NCBI RefSeq assembly: GCF_963506605.1
Contig: NC_083281.1
Coordinates: 44,454,001 to 44,518,000 of the forward strand
Origin: Zootoca vivipara
Lineage: Eukaryota
DNA: 64,000 nucleotides
Direction of reading: 5' to 3'
Below the pieces are notes generated by a model that was given only the letters and a program-made list of their open reading frames with translations, ran no database searches and was not told the DNA's origin. The translations under genes were made by a program, and so were the position numbers. Shown in pieces: positions 23,491 through 44,837 of this stretch (positions are counted from its first letter, which is position 1; every line of letters begins with the position of its first letter).

Positions 23491-26400
23491 CTTAAGAGAA
23501 AAAAACAGAGACACTTAGCAGGTGTTCCACTTTAGGATGGAGGATCACGCAGCGATCATGACACAGAGGCTGCGAGTATAGTACAAATGAAGGTTAGAGC
23601 AGAATTGCCAGCAAGTGTTCCGCAGTCCGTACTGTGGAAGTCGGGGGCTGCAAGCAGGAACAATGGCCCTAGTCAAGGACTTTGCAAGAGCTCCCAAGAG
23701 CTCTAACCCCTCTACCGACATGCAGCAGGCAAGGGAAACCCAGCATGCTATCCAGTGTAATAGGCCTCCCACCTTCTCTCCCCCCTCCCCCAAATGCATT
23801 CTGGAGGATTGGGAGAACTCCCAAGACAACATGGGGGGGAGAGGAGACTCCTGGCAAGGAGAAATGCTTGCACTGATGCAACGGGGGGGGGGACCCACAA
23901 AAAAAGGGGAACCGGCTGGAGACTGCAAGGATGGGGCAGGAGGACCCCACAACAAATCCTGGAGGGAGGCACCCACCTCAGAGTGAGCCCCACCCCCATG
24001 TAGAAACTGCTTTTAGTTGTCTTGGTTGCTGCTGGAAGCCAGGTCTCCCTTCCTAGGCAGCTTTTCTGACTCCAGCTACAGAACCTCCCCCCCCCCCCAG
24101 TTTCTGCTCTACATGGATCAAGAGAACATGCTGATTTTGCAGGCTGACTCAAGAGACCAATCATCCTTCCCACAGAGCATGCAGGTGAGAGCATTCCCAC
24201 AGAGCATCCGGCCTATCTTCATGGACTCTCTTTCCACATGCAGCCACTTCTCTTCAGGCTTCCTCGCCCACCCGCTTTCCTCTGCAACCTGCAGCATGCA
24301 AAGTGCCCCTCAGCTTCCTTTCCAGTGTTATTTGAAGCTCCAAAGCAGCCACTGGGCTGGACCCGCAGGACAGGCCTTTCTTCATTCTAACCCTGCTGCA
24401 TAAGGTGCCAGAGAGGAAGAGGAGAGAGCAAGAAGGCCGCAGGTAAACCATACAATCACAAAGGCCAACAGCAGGAAGAGTGGAAGTACTCAGCCCTTGA
24501 AGGAAGGAGGAGCATCTGGTGAAGGGAAATAAGAGAATGCCAAGTTAGTTTCCCGAACCAGCAGAACGAAGCAGAAAAGCTGAGAGAGCCCGGTGAAATT
24601 CTGCCACAGGAAACACGCTTACCTGAGGCGCAGACTTATCAGGAATAAATCTTCTGTACAAAGCAAATCCCACGTCAGTTCCAACTAGGAAAACAAGACA
24701 AGTGGTCAGAAGGAAACTGGGCAAGGCCTCAAACACTTCTGAGCATCCACCCTGCCTATGACAGACTGCTCCCAGAGTGCCTGGGAACCACTGACAGGAT
24801 AGTGGAGCACAAGGCCCACATTGACCCACTGGGTCAAGTCCTTAAGGGCCAAAATGTAGAAGAGGGCATCACCATTAAAAAATTTTTATACAAAGACATA
24901 TTTTGGGAGTCTGGGAATGTCACAACAACTTTTTGGCCTCACAGAATCACAGCAGGGGCCCCCTAGGAATGGTAAGTAAGTATTTTTTTTTAAAAAAAAC
25001 ACACACAAATTTGTGGGGGTAAAAAACCCCAATCTTTTGGCATCATCACAGTATCACCTATCGAAGCAGACATTGAAAGTAAATCTAAAACTAATTTTAT
25101 AAATAAGTTTAAAGGGACAAATTTGAGAGGCCACAAAAATACTTTGCTATCATGATCACAGCAGGGATGGGGGTGGATGGGAGAAGACAGGGGGGGGAAA
25201 TAAATTTGTGATCATGGCACCACAAGTGAGGAAGCACATAAGAGCAATCTTTTTATATATAAATGACAAATTTTGGAAGTTGGTAGTGGTGGTGCAGACC
25301 ATTGTAGATATAAGAAGAGCCTGAATTGTATGGCTCAGCCATAATTGCTATGCCTTAAAATGATTTTTACAGCCAAGTTAAGCAAGGGTCACCTTCTTTG
25401 AAAAGAAAACAGTCCACCAGACTTTGTTCTGCTTCCAAACTGTGGATGTTAACGTTGAATTACTGTATTAAATTGTTTTCCGTTAGACACTCTGATTTTC
25501 AGGGATAAAAGGCATGGTATTAAACAAATAAGGAGCTATGTAAATAAACTGTCACTTAAAAGAAGAACTGTAGGTATGTCAAAGTGAGCATGGGGCAGAA
25601 AAAAGAGGCTGACTTAGTAAAAGGGGTTACAGACAGGCAGAGAGATTAGATCAGAATGGGACACATTAAAAAATACCTATGAGGAGTATGGAGAGTAATC
25701 TGACAACTCCAAAGAGCGGAATCATTTCTCGGAAGTTCTGTAAAGAACAAAAACATTAAGAAATTTTTGAACAACCCCATACCTCTTAAGGGTGCTGTTG
25801 GATGGCCATCTGTCATGGCAGCTATAGCTGAGATTCCTGCATTGCAGAGGGTTGGACTAGATGACCCTTGGTGTTCCTTCCAACTCTATGTTTCTATGAT
25901 TCAAATGTTACCTCACCACCACCACCACCACCACCACCAAAACACCTATTTTCTAAAGGGGAGAGAAGGTATGGGACTCCTGTATCTTTGAAACATCTGG
26001 GTGAGTCTGAGAGATGGGTCCTGGAGGTGTCTTGCATTTTCATACAATCATATTATTGGAAGGGACTTTGAAGGTGATTTAGTCCACTCCTCTGTTGAGG
26101 GCAGAGTCTGCAATGCAGGCTCTGCAACTACAAATGGCCCATCACCTCCTGGGGCAGCCTCTTCATCAGCTGACAACCTGTTGCCATTCAGGCATTTCTC
26201 CTGATTGCTCCCCTGCCATCTTTACCCCCCAAAGTTCTAGTCTCGTCCTCATAGAGCAAAAGAGAATGAGAGTCTGCTCCACCTTCTGCTTGATGGACCT
26301 TCAATTTTTTTGAGAGCTGCTCTTCTTAATCTTTCCTTTTCCAGGTTAAACATGTCCAGCTCTTTCAACTGTTCCTCACAGGGCTTTGGTTTGTAGAACT

Positions 26401-29400
26401 AAGTGCCTAAAAGAATTGTTTCCCCATAGAGCAAAGAGAGTTAGGATTAGGTTAGGCTTCGCACCCACAACAATACAGGTCTGGTCTACCTTTGAGTAGT
26501 TATATTTTTACTGATACCAACCCCAATTGAAAAAAAAAACTTCACTTGAATCCTGAGCAACCTCCTTACCACTAGAATATTCATGAAGTATCCTCCTATG
26601 AGAGCATAGACGCCTCCTGATGCTCCTACCAGGCCCTGGAGAGGATCACAGACTGAGCTTGCCAAGGAACCTGCAACAGTGGTGGGGAGAAGAGGATTGT
26701 GACAGGTTAATTACCGTATTGGCCTGAATATAAGCCTAAGTCACACCTTTAAAATTCAAGTGGGGAAGGGGAAAAACCTGAATATAAGCTGCTCCCTTAA
26801 AATTGGGTCACAGGCTGAAAATCACTGTGGTTGGTAGAATTGCAACTCCGAGCCAATTTAAGCCTTTGCAAGCCCGCAAAAGTTACTGTACAATCGCTAA
26901 AATCGCAAATCGCTATTCAATTGCTACAATTCCGCAGGCACTCATACCTGTAAATGGCAGATGAACAGTCTCAAGCTCGCAAATTGGCAATAAAACTTTT
27001 TTTTGTTCCATTTTACCGTATGTCTGTTTCAGCAGCGATATCGTAAAAGCCAGTTTTTGCAAGGTCGCAAATTCAAGCCATACTTTAACTTTTCACGGTC
27101 GGATTTGGGAAAAAAAAAAGTGAGGCTTATATTCAGGCCAATATGGTAATAATGGCAATGCTGCCTTCAAGCACTTGGCCTAACAGTCCACGCTTCAGCA
27201 TTAAGAAACTGGACATGCACCTGAAAGTCAAAGTGACCTTGCAAAACGCCACCCCTTGACTCATCCATCGCCCATCCTCATGCCTGTTGTCTTGTGCTCA
27301 CAAGTGTCAACACTCAAGTCTGGCAGGTGCCCATAGAAAGAGGCACGACTATGTCGCTTGTTTTCCAATCGCTTCTCTTTGCACTCACCTGCAAGCACTC
27401 CTGCCATATAGACCAACCCAACTCTGTGACCTTTGTGAACCAGTTCTAGGGGGATCCCCAAGAGAAGCTGCAGGAAAAGGTTTCCTAAGATATGTTCAAT
27501 GCTGCAGAGGAAAAGAGCACAGGGAGAAGATGAATCAGCACTTATGTTTATCTTGATTAGGACAAAAACAAAATCCACATTCAAGTGCTGGCGGCTATGT
27601 AACTACAGGTGCTGACACACACAGCCCTGGGCCATAAGGCAGTTTAGATCCAGATGAAAACTGAGACAAGGTCTCCAGCAAGGGAAAGACTTCAGGGACC
27701 CTGCTCCCCTTCTTTGTGGGGCACGCAACAAGTCACCCACTCAGTCACTTGTGCCAGAGGGCCAACATGGCTGCAATAGAATGGGTGCTGCTCTAATGGC
27801 CAAGCCTCACGAAACTGGAAATCTTAAGCACATCATAGAAGGTGTACTGCTGTCTTGAGGCTTAGCTAGAGAAGCACCATTTTAGGAGAAAAGGGTACCC
27901 AGGCTACAACTATTCAGAAGATCCTGGTGACCACTGAAGAATATTCCATAACTCATCCCAGCTATAGCTTAACAGGTCTGGGATGCACATTCCAAACCAA
28001 ACTCTTTTAGATGGGAATCATTTCTTAACTGCAGAGGGTTAAAAGCCTGTTGGATTCCACTGCGCTTTCCAAAGTTAACCCAGGCATTGATTACGTAGAC
28101 CAGGATTTTTGTTTTATTTTTAACAGGCCAAGTCTTCTTCCCATCAATCAATGCAATGGGTTGCTTACCCAGCATGCACCAGCATGTAAGACAAGAATCT
28201 CCAGGCTTCCTTCCTTTTGTCAGGCCTGTAAATAAAAGGACTGTTCTGGTTGCTTTCCCAGTCTAGGGTGAGCCACTGACTCTGGGGCTTCGAAACCGCG
28301 TAATAAATGAACACGACCACCTAGAAAGAAACACAGAGAGAGTTGCAGTCTGACTCAGACTGGCTCAGGGAAACAATGGAAGAGCAGAGCAACTATTGCT
28401 GCCACATATCTCTCGCCCATATCTCAGAGTTGCCAGAACTTGGTGCATCCGAAAGTTTAGGAGCACAGAAAGTCTGCACCGAGGGCAAAGAGATAGAGGA
28501 GTCTTCCTTTATTCATTTTGCCTCTTTAATCATTTTCATTGATTTGTTACAAAAAGAAAAGTGCAAACATAACAAAAAGAAAGAAAACAAAGAATAAAAT
28601 AATGTAACTCATGAAGCACCGGAGTCTGTAAGGACAAACGTCCAATCATCCGGCACAGCTCCAAAGGGATAATGAAGTATTAACTCATGCAAATGTTCCC
28701 TTTACAAATTTTAAACATTTATAAAAATAAAAGTAGTATTCACCTGTGAGTTTAATTATTATTTCGAATAAATGTTCTATGTTGCCTTAAAGGAGCCAGA
28801 CATTTGCATATACTAGTGGCACTGAGTGACCACATGCCTCAATATTTGTCTTCCTTTATGGCAGGGCACTTGCTGCACATGCAGAGGGAACCTGGTTCAA
28901 TTCCCAGAGAGGGCTGGGAAAAAACACCCTCTCTGAATCCCTGGAGAGCCACTGCTGCCAGTCAGTGTAGGCACTACTGAGGTAGATCGGACTATCATTA
29001 CTTGGCATAAGGCAACTGCTGCCAGTGTTCTCCTATGAAATATCTGAGTATCTGCCTTGCTAAGCAGCCTTAGACAATATAACTTTTCTATACACACAAC
29101 ACTCTCTGTGGACTAGAGGAACCCTGGCAGTCTGATTTCCGAGCTCTTTTCCAATGCAGACTGGAAAGAAACCTGCAATTCTTCAGCAGCAGTAAGTTTT
29201 CGGATGGGTATGTGTTGTTTCAGAACCTCATTGGACCATTTCTAGTTTAAATACATTCACACAATTCATCCAAAGTCATGTAAACTGAGATCAGCAAAGC
29301 AAAATGTTTACTCCCCGTTTAGAGGCAGTAGTATTTCTATTGTCAATTAACTGACACTTAACTTGAAATGAACTTTATATGCTCATAAAAGATCATGTAA

Positions 29401-30059
29401 ATATGCACATAGGAAGAAAGTAAGAATCCCTGCACAATGAAAGGTAGCAGTCATTTTTATTGAGGATGGAGGACTGCTTTTCCTTGACACACTAGCTTTC
29501 CTAGTGCAAGGTTCCTGACAAGGCAGAGAATTCATTTCAGCCATCCCATCCTTGCATTCAGAAATCCTATACTGTACTGTAATCTCATGAAAGCTTTTTT
29601 TTTTTTTGTATATTGACAGCTAGGTGAGCACCAAGTAACTGAATAGGGAGTGGGAACACTTTACTCATGACTGCAAATGAGACCACATATTCAAAGTGTC
29701 ACACACACACAGGGAAGAAGGCATCCTGGACTATTACACTGCCATCCTAAATTGTGAAAAATAGGTTGGAATTTTAGGGGGGGGGGGGCGGTACTAAGGA
29801 AGAGTTTTGAACATTTCCTGGGAGAGCTCCATACCTCAGCCACGCTGATGCCCAGGATGAAGAGGGGCGGCGGGATGCAGTTCGCTCTCTCCAGATAGGT
29901 GGCCCGGGAATCCTCCGGGAGCATCCACTTGGACACCGTGGCGTGGAGGCCGTCGCAGCTCAGGCAGGCCGCACGATTCCGGCCTTCCTCCTCGCCCTTT
30001 TCTTCCTCCTGGGACCGGGCTTCCCGCTCCTCCTCGGCGCGCAGGCTCTCCAGCTCCAT
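23308..30059 (-). CDS. RHBDL2: Rhomboid-related protein 2 (intramembrane serine protease), 298 aa; join(29835-30059,28169-28320,27389-27501,26570-26670,25677-25737,24623-24684,23308-23490)
   Basis: VSKWMLPE..YLERANCIPPP, EAWRF..YMLVHAG, catalytic GASGG and AHIAGG motifs; GT-AG introns; CDS 897 nt. Confidence 0.95.
24623..24684 (-). CDS. RHBDL2: RHBDL2 coding exon 6
   Basis: GTDVGFALYRRFIPDKSAPQ; 62 nt. Confidence 0.92.
25677..25737 (-). CDS. RHBDL2: RHBDL2 coding exon 5
   Basis: NFREMIPLFGVVRLLSILLI; 61 nt. Confidence 0.92.
26570..26670 (-). CDS. RHBDL2: RHBDL2 coding exon 4 (catalytic Ser)
   Basis: SLASSVCDPLQGLVGASGGVYALIGGYFMNILV; 101 nt. Confidence 0.94.
26714..27146. mobile_element. 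Tc1/mariner (Tc2-like) MITE
   Basis: TIR CCGTATTGGCCTGAATATAAGCCT / AGGCTTATATTCAGGCCAATATGG; TA TSD. Confidence 0.85.
27389..27501 (-). CDS. RHBDL2: RHBDL2 coding exon 3
   Basis: IEHILGNLFLQLLLGIPLELVHKGHRVGLVYMAGVLA; 113 nt. Confidence 0.94.
28169..28320 (-). CDS. RHBDL2: RHBDL2 coding exon 2
   Basis: VVVFIYYAVSKPQSQWLTLDWESNQNSPFIYRPDKRKEAWRFLSYMLVHAG; 152 nt. Confidence 0.93.
28855..29030 (+). mobile_element. tRNA-derived squamate SINE (Squam3-like)
   Basis: CCTGGTTCAATTCCCAG B-box; GAGAGCCACTGCTGCCAGTCAGTGTAG body; ATAAGGCAACTG end. Confidence 0.6.
29835..30059 (-). CDS. RHBDL2: RHBDL2 coding exon 1
   Basis: MELESLRAEEE...VSKWMLPEDSRATYLERANCIPPPLFILGISVAE|GTATGG; upstream acceptor CAG at 30081-30083. 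Confidence 0.9.
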
Positions 30060-30820
30060 AGCGCCCGCCGCAGCCTGTTCCTGCCGAACAGGGAAGAAGA
30101 GGCGGGTCCCGTCAGAGAGCTTCGCCCTACGGTGCCCAACCCCAAGCCCGCCCCGTCCAAATCACAGCTCGGAACTGGGCTCGCAGAGCGCGCCGTGTCC
30201 AGAGCGCATGGGGCTGCGCGGCGCCAGGCTGCAGGAACAGCGAGCCGAGGCAGTGCGCGGGGACCCCGTCTGAAGCAGTCGCCACCGCCACCTCCGCTTC
30301 TCGCAGAAGCCCGGGACGTGGCTGTCTGATCGCCCACCGCCGCTGCCGTCGCGAAGGGCGCGCGGCTAGCGGGATCCCCCAGAGGGCGCTCCGAGGCTGG
30401 ACGGAAGGTGTCTCCGGAGGAGGCAGGCAGGGCAGCAATCCACCGGCGGCGGCGGCCCCGACGAGCGCCCACCTGGAGTCGGACGCGGCGCGGAAGCAGC
30501 ACGAAAGGGCGGGCCGCGAAGACGGAGAGGAGGCAGCCGCGCTCGCTAGCTCTCGAAGCCGGGGTTGGCGCGCAGGAGGAGTCGCGATCTGGGCCAGGCG
30601 GGGAGAAGGCAGGCAGGCGAAGCCGGCTCCGCCCTAGGGGGTCCCACTCCCAGCCAGGCAGAAAGGGAGCGTCTGCGAGTCCCTCCCTAGGGCAGTTAGA
30701 CTGGTTTCCTCCCTACAGTGCTTCCGCCCGCAGGTGAAGACAAGCTTTGGGGAACTGACTGGTGCCCTGCTGTTTTTGTTGTGATTGGGTGCTTGTCCCC
30801 GCCCCTCCGCCCGTGTTTTC
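29860..30820 (-). promoter_or_regulatory. RHBDL2: RHBDL2 CpG island / promoter
   Basis: CpG-dense with GC boxes; candidate non-coding exon donor CAG|GTGGGC near 30472. Confidence 0.7.
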
Positions 30821-33054
30821 AGCAGTTCTTGTTTTAGCTGTCAGCTGCCTCGAGTCCCTGCCAGGGGAAAAAAGTGGGGCATACTGTAAATAAATAAATA
30901 TTACTATAGCACACTGGGGTGGGAGTCGTGAATCATGGCGCAAGGCAGGGATCCTCTGGGTATTTAGACAGAAAGAATGGTAAAGGCAACAGCAGCAGCA
31001 ACAAAAGTGCGTATCTGTTATCAACATGTGGGGCTGCCACTGATCTTTATGGACCTATGGATTTTTACGGTTGGTTCCCTCCAAAGTGACTCAAATCACA
31101 GATCACACATCCTTACAATGAATTGCACCTCAGAAGCCATGGATCCCGCAATGTGTTGTGTCACGTGTCACGGACGCTCAGAAATTTTATACAGGATACT
31201 CCCAGAAGTCATCATGCTCACAAACTGAGCAATAAAACCCACTTCATGGTGCTGCCATGGTGCAAAAACGTGAATCCAGATCATGGATCCTCTGGAATTT
31301 TTATAGGGAAATCCTACAAAACAACTGTCCACTCCTTAACACTCCTAGATCAAAATATTGCAGCACAAAACCCCACCACAGATTTAGGGATTCACTGCCC
31401 TGCAAAACATAAATTCAAGCCATAGATCCTTGTGAATTTATGTGATTTTTACATGCTTTCCCCCCAAACCATGATGAAATCAGAGATTCTATCCACATAC
31501 TAAACTGTGAAAAATCACAGCTGCTATGGAGCAGAGAACTATGAAAGGTATCTAGTGTAGTACTAAGTAGCTTGTTCCTGTAATGGAAGGATTTATTCTG
31601 AGGCAACTGAACTCCCCCCTGAATCTGTTTGAGGGCTCCCCACCCTCTGGAACAGAACTAGGATAGGCATGCTGCAAAGGGGTGAGGAAGGAAAGGGGGA
31701 AATTCCATTGCTGAAGTGTAATGGAACTGCTTTGAGTTTTTTTTTCTAAAAGCGGCATATAAATTTTATGAAATTTTAAAAATGCACTCACGGAGTAACT
31801 CATTTGCAATTGAGTTAAAATTTCCTTTCCCTTCTCATTTTCTTTGTATTCAGTTCCAGATTTTGGGGGGCAGGCAGTTAATGTAACAATATTTTTTTTT
31901 CAAAAATAGTGTGTTTTAAACTCATTGGGCATTACTCAGTATAAATTAAAATATTTAGGCATATATATCCAGAAATATGAACAGTTTATTACTGCATACT
32001 GCAAAACATTAATAAACAGGTGCTATTACTAAAATGATCATTCTCCTCAAATCAACAGATCCCCCCTTGCTGCTACATGCAAGAGGTAAAGGGTGTCAAC
32101 TTACAGAATTACTTCTATGCTAACAAAGAATGGGTACCTGATTGCCACTCAAGGAACAATTTTTACTTTGCTTCAGCATTCATCAAACAAAGCAAGGATG
32201 CCCTCTAGTGAGCATTTACAATAGCACAACTCATCAGGTAGGTAGACCTCAGTAGCATCCTTAAAAGAACCAAGGGACCATTTGGGACACACTAATGGAC
32301 GTCACCTGCCCTTGCATCACTCACAATATAAATAAGAGAATCAGAGAATCCTGGAGTTTAAAGCAACCAGAAGCCCTCCTGCCCCTCCACACTCCCAAAT
32401 TCTTATCAGGATGGTCCCCCATCCCAGCAGAGCTAATTTGAGGGTGAAACGGAGAGGAGGGGGAAGTTCCTCCTCTCCCTTGCACTCCTGGTACACAACC
32501 TTCGTCTGAGGGTTAGGGTTCTTTAAACCATACTGCAACCATTCTGAAGCCTGGGGGCTTCTCACCTGAGATTCTCAAGCTTCACATTTCACTACACATT
32601 TTCATAGGGGTGTTTTAGTGTTTGGGAGGAAGGGCAGGATAAAGATGGCGCAAGCAATGGAAGTCTATCATGCACCCGCAGAGTCATTCCCACTTCGCAA
32701 ATAGAAAGGGAATGGGGAAGAGAAGGGCGTGTAAATTCTTGTTAAGTTTTAACAAGAATGCTCGTCATTTTCCCAGCTTCCTCTTGTTCTGCAACAGGGC
32801 TAGAACCGTGTTGTTTTTCTAAAACTTTTGCTCAAGCTACTAGATTCCTGCATTAGAAGTTAGTTTTATATTCTGAGCTTTGCTTTCCAGACCTCCCTGG
32901 TCATAAAAACTGCTGAAACGGAAATTGTCAGAGCGACAATCTGCAACCTTCATTAATTTAATGTTGGCTGGAAAGAAATCAGCGCTTTGACATCTCCTTC
33001 CCAAGGCATCAGACAAGCTTTCACACATAGTTAAGCAGTGGGGAAAGGATTTTT

Positions 33055-33060
33055 TTTATT
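33055..33060 (-). terminator. POLR2C: Probable POLR2C poly(A) signal
   Basis: AATAAA on the minus strand about 480 nt after the stop. Confidence 0.55.
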
Positions 33061-33539
33061 CCAAAAAGTAATAAATGCAAATGCTATCAAACAACAGTCG
33101 CGTAACCTGTACATCTGCTAGGCAGGGGAAGTTTGCTTCAAAAGCCCAGGCAGGGCAAGAACTGAAGGCAACCTGTGCTGTTGGGAGGAAAAGTGGAGGA
33201 GGGCCTTGTGCACAACCTTGTTCCCAATGCACACTGGAAAATGAGGAGAAGAAAGGAAATAGTTCTCTGTAGGGAAAATGGAAGCATCAGCCTTCCCCCC
33301 CCCCCCCCAGCTTGGTGCCCTCCAGCTGTTTTGGACTGCAACTCCCATCAACCTTGACCATCAGTTATGCTGGCTGGGGCTGATGGAAGTTGCAGACCAA
33401 AGCAGCAGGAGACACATCAACAGACAGTCTTCCTCAGAGTCTGGTCTTGCCTTCCAGCCTCTGTCTCCATGCCAACAGTCTCTTGACTAACATTGCAAAT
33501 GTCTCAGGAACTGGTGCTACTCTGGGGTATGGAGAAGAC

Positions 33540-42353
<8,814 letters not shown>

Positions 42354-42515
42354 TCACGGTTCCTCGCTCGCCCCCCAGCGACCCGGAGGACCCGGCCTGG
42401 GCGGTTGCCTTGTGGCCGCTGTTCCCTCCTTCTCTCTGTAATTCTGGTGGGCCTTGGTCTGATCTTTGCTCTCCCCCGCAAGCCAGGGGATGTTTCCCTC
42501 GCCTGGATACGTGGG

Positions 42516-42560
42516 GTTGTGGTTGTGGTTGTTGTTGTTGCTGCTGCTGCTGCTGCTGCT
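42516..42560. repeat. (GTT)n(GCT)n compound trinucleotide repeat
   Basis: TTGTGGTTGTGGTTGTTGTTGTTGCTGCTGCTGCTGCTGCTGCT. Confidence 0.9.
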
Positions 42561-43779
42561 TCTCCTCCTTAATCTGCACATGTGACACAAACTCTGTCAA
42601 TAATCACATTGGCTGCGTATTTATAAGCACCTTGGAGTGCTTCAGTTGTTGTTGTCCTCATATTTATATCCCACCTTTCCTCCCAGTGCAGCTTGCATTA
42701 AAAGCATCACACAATAAAACACAATTTCGGTAACAAAGCATAGTGCACAACAACTTTGCCATTATTTTGTTTCCTCCATATACCTATTCCACAATGTGTA
42801 GAATGACCCATTGTGACTGGTCTAAGCACTTGTTGCATTTAATAGCTAGAAAGCTTCATAGGGTATCTTGTGCATTGCTATTTATTCAACAAAGAATAAA
42901 GGTGGTTTAACGCGATGAAGTAGACTGTGGTCTTGAAACCATAATGAATTTGTAGTGCAATCCTATATTCTGAGTCTACAATACTGTACTCAGAAGTAAG
43001 CCCCAGTAAGGTTACTTTGCCTGTATGCAGGATACACTCTAAAGTCCACAGTTGGGCATCTTCCTTAGGACCAGCCTAATATAAGAATTGATAAAATATA
43101 TGCACATAATATTGCAGCCTTAATATTTGAGATGCCACTGTAAGACTGGATGCAATAAATCCTTGCTCTGTACGGTGGGGTGCTGAGCCTTCTGATAAAA
43201 AAAAATTCAATATATTTTACTGCTTTTTCTTTATCATTCTGGTTTATTTTGTACATTTTAATGCTAAGGGCATTCCTTGATTTGTTGCTACTCTTTTTAT
43301 ATCACCTGTTTGAAAGGTGGCTTATCATAAAACTATAAAATAAAACATTTCCGTTTTAAGCTCGTATTTGATTGATGAATGCAGCAGGATCATCTTTGTG
43401 GGGGAGGGAGAATAACTGCTCCCTCCCCAAATCTCCGGGTTGTAGTAAGAGATATGAAGCTCTTGGGGCCTCCTGTCTCCATGGCAACCAGGCCTGGCTG
43501 GTAGTGACTGTAACCGGCGGGAGCGTGGCTGCCTCGCCTTCGCTCACATCCGGCTATTTTCGACAGCCGCAGACCCTCCCTCCACCTCCCACGGTCGTGA
43601 AATGAAGAGGGTGCTTTCCGGACCTACTCTAAGCAGTGGGACAAGTCTTACGCCCCCGAGCTATTTATTTAACAACACACACACACAAAATTGTCCGTAG
43701 TTCTTAGCGCCTTATTAAATTTAGGTGGAAATAAGGGGGCCGCGGTGGCTGCTGGGAGAAGCCGGGCTCTCCTCCAATC

Positions 43780-43853
43780 AGAGCGCGCGGCGGGGAGCAG
43801 AACCGCGTTGACGTGACGGGCTCGCGGCGGACCGAGGAAGCAGAGCGAGAACG
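43780..43853 (+). other. NUP93: Probable non-coding exon 1 of NUP93 (5' end approximate)
   Basis: Strong donor in a CpG island upstream of the ATG-bearing exon; NUP93 has a non-coding first exon in mammals. Confidence 0.55.
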
Positions 43854-44473
43854 GTAAGAGGCCGGTTGGCTGGGGGATGGCGGGGAGCAGACCCAGCTGA
43901 GGGGAGCCTTAAACCTTAGCTTCCTTCCCTCACGCGTGTCTGTGCCCGGCACGCGTTTACAGCCCCTTCTTTCCTTCCTATACCGTAGGCCCTAGTACCC
44001 GGATGTGCCGCCTTCCACCCTTCCCGCCCCGCTTTAAGGTGCCGAACACCATTAACGCCAGGGCAGAAGGGGCCGCTTGACCCAGCGTCCTGCTTCCAAA
44101 CAGCGGTCGCTCACTAGATAGCGGTGTGTGTGTGAGAGAGAAAGGGTTTCCCCTTTCTGCTTATCCCCACCATCGTGGAGACTGCGGAGCCAGAGTACCT
44201 CTGCACCTGAAGGCTCTATTTTGAAATCATTGGCTAACAGTAGCAGATGACACCCCCCCCCCGGTGGATTTGTCACTAAAACCACTTAGGCCGCAGACCT
44301 ACGCACGTGTAACTGGAAGTACGGCCCATTGAGCTTGCTTCTGAGTAGACATGCAAAGGACTGTGCAGCCACCGGTAACCATTCCGTTGGATTTCTCTAA
44401 ACCTCTCCTAAAGCTCCCAGTTCTGCCCATAAAAAGGTGCCGTGTTTAATCAACGGTTCGTCGAGATAAAGTG

Positions 44474-44705
44474 ACAGGTAGGTAGCCGTGTTGGTCTGAC
44501 GTAGTTGAATTTTTTTTTTTAAAAAAAATCCTTCCAGTAGCACTTTAGAGACCAGCTAAGTTTGTCATTGGTATGAGCTTTCATGTGCATGCACACTTCT
44601 TCAGTTGGGCATCTTTCTTAGGAGATGCACATGAAAGCTCATACCAATGACAAATTTAGTTGGTCTTTAAGGTGTTACTGGAAAGAATTTTTTAATAAAA
44701 ATTTT
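44474..44705. mobile_element. Penelope-like pseudo-LTR remnant with inverted repeat and hammerhead core
   Basis: Same family as 1321 and 59563; minus strand of 44571-44604 reads CTGAAGA-AGTGTGCATGCACAT-GAAA-GCTC-ATAC. Confidence 0.72.
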
Positions 44706-44837
44706 GTAAATAAAGTAGGTGATGGAAGAGGCCTTGCCTGAGACCATGATGAGCCACTTACCAGCACGGAGCTAGATGAGCCCAATAGTCTTGATTCTGT
44801 ATGAGGGAGATTTTGTATGTTCACATGGCTATAGTTA

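Noticed and set aside
31575-31620. Possible DOK4 or AKIRIN1 remnant exon in the junction interval
   Set aside because: Only a trivial FIL-type resemblance, with no convincing frame or splice sites.
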